A stretch of DNA of 15,479 bases, taken from contig JAUSKK010000030.1 of NCBI GenBank assembly GCA_030649345.1, forward strand, positions 1 through 15,479. The letters are read 5' to 3'. Of this stretch, positions 1-6,697 are shown in pieces. This stretch comes from Candidatus Iainarchaeum sp. (GTDB lineage: Archaea; Iainarchaeota; Iainarchaeia; Iainarchaeales; 0-14-0-20-34-12). Each line of letters starts with the position of its first letter. Position 1 is the stretch's first letter. The position numbers and the translations under genes are program-made. The notes under the pieces were generated by a model. That model was not told the DNA's origin. It ran no database searches and saw only the letters and a program-made list of their open reading frames with translations.

Positions 1-234
1 AAAATGTTTGTTTTATTTAAAGAAGAAAACTTGGTTGAAATTAGTTTACAAAGCCCAGAAAACATTCAAGAAGTTCCAGGAATTGTAGCTTACTTGTATT
101 CTTTGTTTGCAGAACACAATTTGAACATTTTAGAAACCATGAGCTTTTGGACAGACACAATTTTTGTCATCCGAGAAAACGATTTAACCCAAGCATTAAA
201 TGTAATCAAAAAAAGCACAAACCCCAGTAGTTAA
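1..234 (+). CDS. ACT-domain (small-molecule-binding regulatory fold) protein, probably 5'-truncated by the window edge
   Basis: The frame of ORF 4..234 stays open back to nt 1. The pattern LVEISLQ...VPGIVAYLYSLFAEHNLNILETMS...DTIFVIRENDLTQALNVI looks like one ACT unit. Confidence 0.45.
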   Translation, partial: KMFVLFKEENLVEISLQSPENIQEVPGIVAYLYSLFAEHNLNILETMSFWTDTIFVIRENDLTQALNVIKKSTNPSS

Positions 235-272
235 CTAAACGCATAAAAAAATATAATTTGGGTTAAATAGTA

Positions 273-1202
273 TTATTTGAGTGCATTCTGGTATTGTTTT
301 TTGAATCGTCGAACTAGGCGAATTGCAAGTGCTCGCGCATTGTTATTGTAATGGCATTTTTCTAAAGTTTTAAAGTAAGCCTTTTTTTCTTGGGTTTTAA
401 TATCAAGCATGCCATATCCGTTTTTGTGCATGATATGGTTCATTACAATGCGTGCAGTTCTTCCATTGCCGTCTTGAAATGGGTGAATTCTTACTAGTTT
501 CCAGTGAGCCCAGGCAGCCAATTCTAAAGGGTGCAATTTTTTGTTTAACTCAATGTATTCTTTGAAATAATTTTTTATATCCGTTAAAACAAATTGGGGC
601 GGTGTTGTTTCAAATTGTGAACCGCGAACTAGATTTTGATGGGTTTTATATTTTCCTGCAATCTTTGGTTTTGAATCTTTGAAGTACATTTCATGAATTT
701 TTAACAAAAAGTCATGGTCAAATTTTCCAGTATAACCTTTTACAAAATTAAGTGTTTTTTGTGCTGCCTTCGCTTCCAATACATCATTGAGATCTTTGTT
801 AGGTGCAATATTTTCTGTTAATAATAATGCAACTTCCCTGGGACTTAAAGTAGAACCTTCAATTGAATTTGTATTGTGAACAAAAACAATTACGAAATTT
901 TCATCAAACTGTTCTTGAACAACTTCATTTACTGCGTTGTATCTTTTCCAGAACGCAGTATTAATTTCATTAATTTCCTTAATTTCATCCGGAGTCAAAT
1001 AATGAAATCCGTGTAATTTAATTAATTCTTTTTGAATCTCTTCTTCAAATTGACCCATTAAAACTTGCAGTTTTGTTTCCGAAGGCTTTTTTTCACCCAA
1101 ATATTTTCGGATTTGTTTTCGTGTGCCTTTAGCAACTGGAATGTTTTCAGCCAAATAATAATAGACTTTACTGCCACGCTTGAAGGTTGTTAAATAAGCC
1201 AT
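273..1202 (-). CDS. fic: Fic/DOC family protein (AMPylase-type), class II with an intramolecular inhibitory helix
   Basis: Canonical Fic motif HPFQDGNGRTAR (nt 450-485). N-terminal inhibitory motif TNSIEG = (S/T)xxxE(G/N) (nt 855-872). The ORF track extends to a GTG at 1220. I prefer the ATG at 1202 because a TATA-like box (1224-1231) is centred 25.5 nt upstream of it. Confidence 0.85.
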   Translation of the reverse strand: MAYLTTFKRGSKVYYYLAENIPVAKGTRKQIRKYLGEKKPSETKLQVLMGQFEEEIQKELIKLHGFHYLTPDEIKEINEINTAFWKRYNAVNEVVQEQFDENFVIVFVHNTNSIEGSTLSPREVALLLTENIAPNKDLNDVLEAKAAQKTLNFVKGYTGKFDHDFLLKIHEMYFKDSKPKIAGKYKTHQNLVRGSQFETTPPQFVLTDIKNYFKEYIELNKKLHPLELAAWAHWKLVRIHPFQDGNGRTARIVMNHIMHKNGYGMLDIKTQEKKAYFKTLEKCHYNNNARALAIRLVRRFKKQYQNALK

Positions 1203-1209
1203 ATAATAT

Positions 1210-1264
1210 GTATTACTCACAAATATTTAAAAAGGCATGAGTAATACACTAAAATGAGTAATAC
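1210..1264. promoter_or_regulatory. fic promoter/operator: a perfect 10-bp inverted repeat brackets the TATA box, with a third direct copy
   Basis: GTATTACTCA (1210-1219) and TGAGTAATAC (1238-1247) flank TATTTAAA (1224-1231). TGAGTAATAC recurs at 1255-1264. Confidence 0.5.
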
Positions 1265-1364
1265 GCCCACGGAAGGAGTAGAATACGCTGTTCGATCCCT
1301 CAAGTCAAATGCAAGCACCATTTGACCTCCGATTAAAGATTCTATAGAAAATATATCCACGAAC
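1261..1364. repeat. 104-nt non-coding element, copy A (paired with 6097-6200)
   Basis: Aligns without gaps to 6097-6200 with 79/104 identical positions. Positions 1-16 are identical (ATACGCCCACGGAAGG), the 3' ~43 nt are nearly identical, and the core is variable. It contains the palindrome TTCTATAGAA (1340-1349). Confidence 0.8.
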
Positions 1365-1438
1365 TAAACTTAAAAGTATCGAAAATGGATCAATGCCAGT
1401 ATTTGGCAAGTTAGTTCTTGGAAAATTAATTTAAATTA

Positions 1439-1471
1439 GACAATTGTCGCTTAGTGTTTCCACAATTGTGG
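1439..1471. promoter_or_regulatory. Two perfect palindromes sharing the core ACAATTGT, upstream of the MscS gene
   Basis: GACAATTGTC (1439-1448) and CCACAATTGTGG (1460-1471). Their centres are 22 bp apart, about 55 and 77 nt upstream of the ATG at 1520. Confidence 0.45.
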
Positions 1472-1519
1472 ACTATTCCTCTTTTTATTTAGTATCTGCT
1501 TTGTATACCTGTGACCTAG

Positions 1520-2578
1520 ATGCCTGCACTTTTTGATGATTTAATTGTTATTGTTGTTGCAATTCTTTGTTCTATTTTAATTGGAGCATTAATTTCAAAA
1601 GTATTATTGAAACATTTAAAGCGATTAACCAGCAAAACAATTACGTCTTTAGACGATAAAATCATTCATGCATTAGAGAAACCAATCTTTTTTGCAGTAC
1701 TTTTGTTAGGCATAAATTTTGGATTAGAATTTACTGAATTTAAAACACTTTCATTGCGCACGCCAGTGTTTCAAGTTTTAGTAATTTTAATTGTAGTACA
1801 CGCATTATTTTCTTTGATTGATGCCTTAATTGCCTGGTATGTCGAAGAAATTGAAGTGCGGCGCAAGCACAAAATTGGAGACATTATGCCAACCATTCGC
1901 AGGGTTGTGCGAATTATTATTATTGCACTAAGTGCGACTGTAATTCTTAGCAGTCTAGGTGTAGAGATAACCCCCATTATTGCAGCTTTAGGAATTGGTG
2001 GTTTAGCAGTTGCTTTGGCGTTTCAAGATACTTTATCTAATTTTTTTGCAGGAATTTATATTACAATGGATCGTCCAATTAAATTAGGCGATTTTGTTGA
2101 ATTTGAAAATACTGTTCGCGGCTACGTTGTTTCTATTGGCTGGCGCAGCACAAAAGTTCGTACTCTTGAAAACAATTTAGTTATTATTTCAAATTCTAAA
2201 CTTTCTCAGGCAATCATAACCAATTATTATGCACCTACCAAAGACATGGCAGTTGTAATTCCATGCAGTGTAGTATATGGCAGCGATTTAGATAAGATTG
2301 AAAAAATTACTATTGACGCTGCACGAGAAGTTCAGAAAAAAGTAAAAGGAGCTGTTCCAGATTTTGATCCATTTATTCGGTATCATACCTTTGGAGATCA
2401 CGGAATTCAATTTTCTATTATTTTACGGGTGCAAGAATTTGTTGACCAATACCTAGTCAAACACGAATTTGTTAAAGAACTTTCAAAAGCTTATCAAAAA
2501 GTTAAAATTGAAATCCCGTTCCCTCAAGTAACTGTTCATATGGCTAGTCAGCATAATTTATCAGATATAAAAGTGTAG
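1520..2578 (+). CDS. MscS-family small-conductance mechanosensitive channel
   Basis: Three or four N-terminal TM helices, then the characteristic pore and beta domain: GIGGLAVALAFQDTLSNFFAGIYITMDRPIKLGDFVEF...GYVVSIGWRSTKVRTLENNLVIISNSKL. Confidence 0.9.
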   Translation: MPALFDDLIVIVVAILCSILIGALISKVLLKHLKRLTSKTITSLDDKIIHALEKPIFFAVLLLGINFGLEFTEFKTLSLRTPVFQVLVILIVVHALFSLIDALIAWYVEEIEVRRKHKIGDIMPTIRRVVRIIIIALSATVILSSLGVEITPIIAALGIGGLAVALAFQDTLSNFFAGIYITMDRPIKLGDFVEFENTVRGYVVSIGWRSTKVRTLENNLVIISNSKLSQAIITNYYAPTKDMAVVIPCSVVYGSDLDKIEKITIDAAREVQKKVKGAVPDFDPFIRYHTFGDHGIQFSIILRVQEFVDQYLVKHEFVKELSKAYQKVKIEIPFPQVTVHMASQHNLSDIKV

Positions 2579-2589
2579 CTTATCATTTT

Positions 2590-4041
2590 ATGAATTCAAA
2601 AATTAAAAAAATTAATCAAGTATTGCAAGGACATAAATTGCTTTTAGCATCCAGCAGTGAACCATATGTGCATTTTTATCATGGCGGAGAAATTAATTGG
2701 CGTACTGCTGTGGGCGGCGTAGCTACTGCATTTGATGCATTCATGTCAGCCTATGGCGGAACCTGGGTTGCTTTAGGCCTGGGAACTGCAGATGCAAATG
2801 TAATAGACAATCAAAATAACATCAGTGTTCCGCCCAACGCACCAGCATACACTTTAAAGCGAGTGATGGTTACATCTAAAGAAGAAGAAGGCTTTTTGGC
2901 TCTTTCATCGAATACCGCATTATGGCCTTTGTCGCACGTAGTTTATGTTCGACCTCAGTTTAGTGAAGATGCATGGCTTCAATATCGAAAAGTTAATCAA
3001 AAACTAGCTGAAGCTCTTTCTGCAGAATGCACACAAAACACAGCCGTATGGTTAAATGATTACCATTTGTCTTTGTGCGCTCAATATTTTAAGAAACTTC
3101 AGCCCAATGTGCCCACTGGATTTTTTTGGCATATTCCTTGGCCCAGTTATGAAATCTTCAAAATATGTCCTTGGCATAAAGAAATTTTAGAAGGCTTGTT
3201 GGGCGCTGATTTGATTGGCTTTCACACGCAAGGCTATGTTAAAAATTTTTTATACACTGTAGAGAAAACACTTTCCTGTAAAGTAGATTGGCAAAATTTT
3301 AACATTCAACAAGGTAACCGCATTATTAAAGTTCGTGCACTGCCTATTGGAACTGACAGCCAAGGTTTGTCTGAATTATCTACCGCAAAATCATTGGATG
3401 AAATTAACACTGTGCGTAAACAATTCAATGTATTGAATCGAAAGCTATTATTGGGTGTTGACAGAATGGATTACACTAAAGGTTTGCCAGAAAAAATGAA
3501 ATCATTAGACATACTTTTTACACGATATCCAGAACTAGTAGGAAAACTGACATTGGTACAAATTGCTGCACCTACACGCACAAAACTTCCAGAATATGTT
3601 CAAGTTTTAGAAAATACTTTAAGTGCAGTGGATGCCGTTAATTGGAAATATGCTCAAGGAGACTGGAAACCCATTGTATTTTTGAACAAATTTATGTCTT
3701 TAAAAGAATTGATTCCAGTGTACAAAACTGCAGATGTTTGTTTGGTTACTTCATTGCATGACGGCATGAATTTAGTCAGCAAAGAATATATTGCAGCCAA
3801 TTCAGGAGAAGGTGCATTAATATTAAGCAAATTTGCAGGATCTGCAGAACAATTAACTCAAGCAATTCAAGTAAATCCATTTTTAGTAGAAGATATTGCT
3901 ATTGGCATTAAGCAAGCTTTAGACATGCCAGTATTGGAAAGACAAAAACGCATGACCAAATTAAAGAAAACTGTTATGCAAAACACAGTATTTGGATGGG
4001 CAACTGATTTTCTGCAAGAATTGATTGCTTCAAAACTGTGA
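2590..4041 (+). CDS. otsA: Trehalose-6-phosphate synthase (GT20)
   Basis: GT20 hallmarks: WLNDYHL, GFFWHIPWPS, LLGADLIGFHT, GVDRMDYTKG, SLHDGMNLVSKEY. Confidence 0.9.
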   Translation: MNSKIKKINQVLQGHKLLLASSSEPYVHFYHGGEINWRTAVGGVATAFDAFMSAYGGTWVALGLGTADANVIDNQNNISVPPNAPAYTLKRVMVTSKEEEGFLALSSNTALWPLSHVVYVRPQFSEDAWLQYRKVNQKLAEALSAECTQNTAVWLNDYHLSLCAQYFKKLQPNVPTGFFWHIPWPSYEIFKICPWHKEILEGLLGADLIGFHTQGYVKNFLYTVEKTLSCKVDWQNFNIQQGNRIIKVRALPIGTDSQGLSELSTAKSLDEINTVRKQFNVLNRKLLLGVDRMDYTKGLPEKMKSLDILFTRYPELVGKLTLVQIAAPTRTKLPEYVQVLENTLSAVDAVNWKYAQGDWKPIVFLNKFMSLKELIPVYKTADVCLVTSLHDGMNLVSKEYIAANSGEGALILSKFAGSAEQLTQAIQVNPFLVEDIAIGIKQALDMPVLERQKRMTKLKKTVMQNTVFGWATDFLQELIASKL

Positions 4042-4733
4042 TTGCAATGAAACCTAATTTGTTAGTTTTGTTGGATTTTGATGGAACATTAACAAGTATT
4101 CGATTGGATCCAAAAAAAGTCAAGCTATCTAAATCAATGTATACCACTTTAGAAAAATTAGTTCACAACAAAATTCAAGTAACTATAATTAGCAGTCGCC
4201 CATACTCATTTCTTAAACAGCAATTGCCTTCCTGCGTTAAAATTTTAGGCTCAAAAGGAAATTCTTTAAACAAACTAAAAAAGTTTTCCAAACAACGAAA
4301 GCATATTTTTAGAATTTTATACTGTACTGTAAAAAAGTTTCCGTTAACTACAGTCCAACTAAGCCCTTGCGGCGCAGAAATTCATTTTAGAAAAAACCAG
4401 TCTTTGACATTGTCAAAAGTTATGACTGAAGTTTGCCGAGTATTTGACACACAGCCGGTGAAAATTATTGCAGGCAGGAAAACTGTTGAAGTTATTCCTT
4501 TAGGGCTGGCCAATAAACAAGAAATTGTTAAAAAAATAATAAAAACATGGCAAGGCAAAATTATGTTTATTGGAGACGATGACAGCGATGCTGAAGCAGC
4601 TGTTGAAATAATGAAACAAAAAGGAAATTTAGCTTTTTTAGTCAAAACCAAAGAACGCAAAATCACGCCCAAAGAAGTCATTAAACTAACTGGAATTCAA
4701 GAAGTGCAAAAAACACTTAAACAATTACTTTAA
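4038..4733 (+). CDS. otsB: Trehalose-6-phosphate phosphatase (HAD superfamily)
   Basis: HAD motif I LDFDGTL, motif II IISSRP, a GRKTVEVIP...NKQ segment, and motif IV GDDDSDAE. A GTG start overlaps the otsA stop (GTGA). An alternative ATG lies at 4047. Confidence 0.8.
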   Translation: MIAMKPNLLVLLDFDGTLTSIRLDPKKVKLSKSMYTTLEKLVHNKIQVTIISSRPYSFLKQQLPSCVKILGSKGNSLNKLKKFSKQRKHIFRILYCTVKKFPLTTVQLSPCGAEIHFRKNQSLTLSKVMTEVCRVFDTQPVKIIAGRKTVEVIPLGLANKQEIVKKIIKTWQGKIMFIGDDDSDAEAAVEIMKQKGNLAFLVKTKERKITPKEVIKLTGIQEVQKTLKQLL

Positions 4734-4759
4734 AGTTTTTCCAGTTTCGGCAGAGATAA

Positions 4760-4786
4760 AAAGTGTTCATTTCAATTGAACACTTT
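4760..4786. terminator. Perfect 10-bp inverted repeat between convergent otsB and abiEi (possible bidirectional 3'-end structure)
   Basis: AAAGTGTTCA (4760-4769), loop TTTCAAT, TGAACACTTT (4777-4786). Archaeal termination usually relies on T-tracts, so the function is uncertain. Confidence 0.4.
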
Positions 4787-4799
4787 CAAGCAATAGTGT

Positions 4800-5393
4800 T
4801 CAGTTCATATTTCTTGATTGCAAAAGCTTATTGACTTTCTTCTTTACATTTTCCTGATATTTTTTCAAATATTCTTGTACTCGTTTTTTGTCTAATTTAG
4901 GCAAAAGTTCTTCTTTAATTTCTTGAGTTAAAGGCTGTTGGAAATGAATAAAATCTAAAAATGTTTTTTCTAAATCGCTGACTGGGATTTCCCAATCATA
5001 ATATTTTACGTAATTAAATCCAAAGAATAATTTGCGCTGAATTCGATGCACTAAAATATTGACTCCACTGATCTCTCTTAAACCCAATCTAACCTTTCTA
5101 GGCGTAATAATTATTGGATTCGTTTCTTGTGTTCCAATACCTTGCAATGCCAAAGCATTCTGTAACCCATAATAAAACGGAGAAAACGCAAACCCGTACA
5201 TCATGGGGTCTTCTTGAAAAGAATAAACTCCTTGAGTAATCTTATGCAATTCATTTTTTTTTAATAAAAAATGAATCATTAAATGCAAATAATTCTTGCC
5301 CAACTTTTTGCCATGAAATAATAACTGAATATCCCTCATAGTAAAAATAGACTTAGATTTGAATGAAGATTTGAGTTCCTGAACATACGTCAT
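4800..5393 (-). CDS. abiEi: AbiEi-like antitoxin/transcriptional regulator (N-terminal wHTH plus C-terminal domain)
   Basis: FTMRDIQ...LLKKNELHKITQGVYSF is a wHTH followed by the typical YYGLQNALALQGI segment. The gene sits directly downstream of an AbiEii-type NTase. The ATG at 5393 is preceded by AGGTG. The ORF track uses a GTG at 5399. Confidence 0.65.
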   Translation of the reverse strand: MTYVQELKSSFKSKSIFTMRDIQLLFHGKKLGKNYLHLMIHFLLKKNELHKITQGVYSFQEDPMMYGFAFSPFYYGLQNALALQGIGTQETNPIIITPRKVRLGLREISGVNILVHRIQRKLFFGFNYVKYYDWEIPVSDLEKTFLDFIHFQQPLTQEIKEELLPKLDKKRVQEYLKKYQENVKKKVNKLLQSRNMN

Positions 5394-5401
5394 TTTCACA
5401 C

Positions 5402-6049
5402 CTAACTATATTTCAACAATAAAGCCTGCTTAATCTGCTCAAATGAAGGAACAGCACCAGCATACACAATTGCTTTCAAATCCTTCTCATCCGCAGGTAA
5501 AGGCAACTGTTTTAATAAGTCTTTAATTTTCTTTTCAGTTTCATTTGAAACCTGTGCTTGATTACTTAAAAAATAAACATCATAAATATCCCGAATCAAT
5601 TTACGATTAGTATACGTAATCAGTTTCTCTAAAATTAAATCTTCTACAGACAAAGCAAACACATTTGTATACGTTCCATCCAGTTTCTCATACGCCTGCA
5701 CAACAGGCCTTTTGATAGTTGTAATCATATTTGCTTCCAAACGAACCTCTACGCGTTCATTGGAAATCTTGGAAAAAATAGTTGTACTAGTCTGTTTGTA
5801 TTTATTTAATTTTAAACCCCGTGCTTTCAAAGCAATTTCCAATTCAGACTTAAAGTTTTCTTTTGGCTTGAAATAAAAATCCAAATCTTCTGAAAAACGA
5901 TTCCCAGCAAAACAACGCCAAATTGAAGTACCACCATGCAAGACAGCTTTCGGTTCAACAGAATAAACAATCTCTAAAACTTCATCTTGCAAACTAGCAA
6001 TATCCCGATGAAGCTGTTTCCGCAACCGATTAAACAATGAAATCTTCAT
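5402..6049 (-). CDS. abiEii: AbiEii/DUF1814-type nucleotidyltransferase toxin
   Basis: NTase signature LHGGTSIWRCFAGNRFSEDLDF (nt 5879-5935). The ORF track starts at a TTG at 6064. I prefer the ATG at 6049 because TTATATAA (6071-6078) is centred 25.5 nt upstream of it. Confidence 0.8.
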   Translation of the reverse strand: MKISLFNRLRKQLHRDIASLQDEVLEIVYSVEPKAVLHGGTSIWRCFAGNRFSEDLDFYFKPKENFKSELEIALKARGLKLNKYKQTSTTIFSKISNERVEVRLEANMITTIKRPVVQAYEKLDGTYTNVFALSVEDLILEKLITYTNRKLIRDIYDVYFLSNQAQVSNETEKKIKDLLKQLPLPADEKDLKAIVYAGAVPSFEQIKQALLLKYS

Positions 6050-6066
6050 ATTAATAGTATTCAACG

Positions 6067-6090
6067 AAACTTATATAAATATATAAGTTT
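6067..6090. promoter_or_regulatory. 24-bp near-perfect palindrome containing the abiE TATA box (candidate AbiEi operator)
   Basis: AAACTTATATA-AA-TATATAAGTTT: 11-bp perfect arms with only the central 2 nt unpaired. Confidence 0.5.
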
Positions 6091-6096
6091 GGTTAA

Positions 6097-6200
6097 ATAC
6101 GCCCACGGAAGGGATCCAAGCAAAGGTTCAATCCACCCAGTCAAAAAGCAGTGCCAATTGACCTCCATTTAAAGATTCTATAGAAAGTATATCTACGAAC
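6097..6200. repeat. 104-nt non-coding element, copy B (paired with 1261-1364)
   Basis: Same orientation and same length as copy A. Contains TTCTATAGAA at 6176-6185 and is followed by T8 at 6218-6225. Confidence 0.8.
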
Positions 6201-6270
6201 AAAACTTAATATTATGCTTTTTTTTCAACCTAACAAGTATTTATTAAATATTTGACATAGCATTTATTCT

Positions 6271-6675
6271 ATGAAGCTGCAACTAACTATTATTAATATT
6301 GCCTGGGTTTTTCTTGCATTATTTTTAGGTGGAATTTGGTTAAATCTTATAGGTGAATCCACGGTTTTGTTCTTTTTTGTATCTATTTTTACTTTTGGAT
6401 TCTTTTTATTTATGGATGATTTATTATTTCAAGTTGTTGGACCGGCTGTGAAAGTAATTGGTGACAACAGATTCAAAAGTAGGTTAAGTGCATTTCCTGT
6501 TTTTCTATTTGAGCTTATTTTATTTGCGATAGCAAGCACTCCACTAAGTAAATTTGTAGAATCACTGCTTCAAACTTTTATTGCACATCCTGGAGTTGGG
6601 TTACAAGTTTTTTCTACGGGAGCTCTTTTGTTCGTTTTTCTTGTATATCTAGTTGCCTTTACTCGTCTGAAATAG
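6271..6675 (+). CDS. Small integral membrane protein (about 4 TM helices), unknown function
   Basis: Hydrophobic 134-aa ORF. The AT-rich TATA-like stretch TTTATTAAATATTT ends about 20 nt upstream of the ATG. I recognise no family motif. Confidence 0.5.
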   Translation: MKLQLTIINIAWVFLALFLGGIWLNLIGESTVLFFFVSIFTFGFFLFMDDLLFQVVGPAVKVIGDNRFKSRLSAFPVFLFELILFAIASTPLSKFVESLLQTFIAHPGVGLQVFSTGALLFVFLVYLVAFTRLK

Positions 6676-6697
6676 ATCCTAATATGTTAGAATAAGG

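Noticed and set aside
1288-1300. tRNA-like T-loop words GTTCGATCC (copy A) and GGTTCAATCC (copy B, 6128-6137) in the 104-nt elements, which could indicate a tRNA, a tRNA fragment or an att site
   Set aside because: The flanking bases do not form a 5-bp T-stem in either copy (checked by hand). There is no acceptor, D or anticodon arm, so this is not a tRNA. A degenerate tRNA-derived att remnant cannot be excluded, but the 76% identity between the copies argues against recent integration.
1254-1330. Short ORFs through the 104-nt elements (for example ATG at 1254 giving MSNTPTEGVEYAVRSLKSNASTI, and minus-strand ATGs after GGAGGTCAA)
   Set aside because: In every frame at least one of the two copies lacks an ATG start codon. 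The substitution pattern is not codon-periodic.
1771-1977. 68-aa minus-strand ORF inside the MscS gene
   Set aside because: It is an antisense shadow ORF within a strongly supported CDS. It has a low-complexity hydrophobic or basic composition and no start context.
4382-4681. 99-aa minus-strand ORF inside otsB
   Set aside because: It is antisense to a CDS with clear HAD motifs and has no independent signals.
5254-5262. T9/A9 homopolymer inside the abiEi-like CDS as a possible phase-variation tract
   Set aside because: It encodes Lys-Lys-Asn in an AT-rich genome where such runs are common. There is no evidence of length variation from a single sequence.
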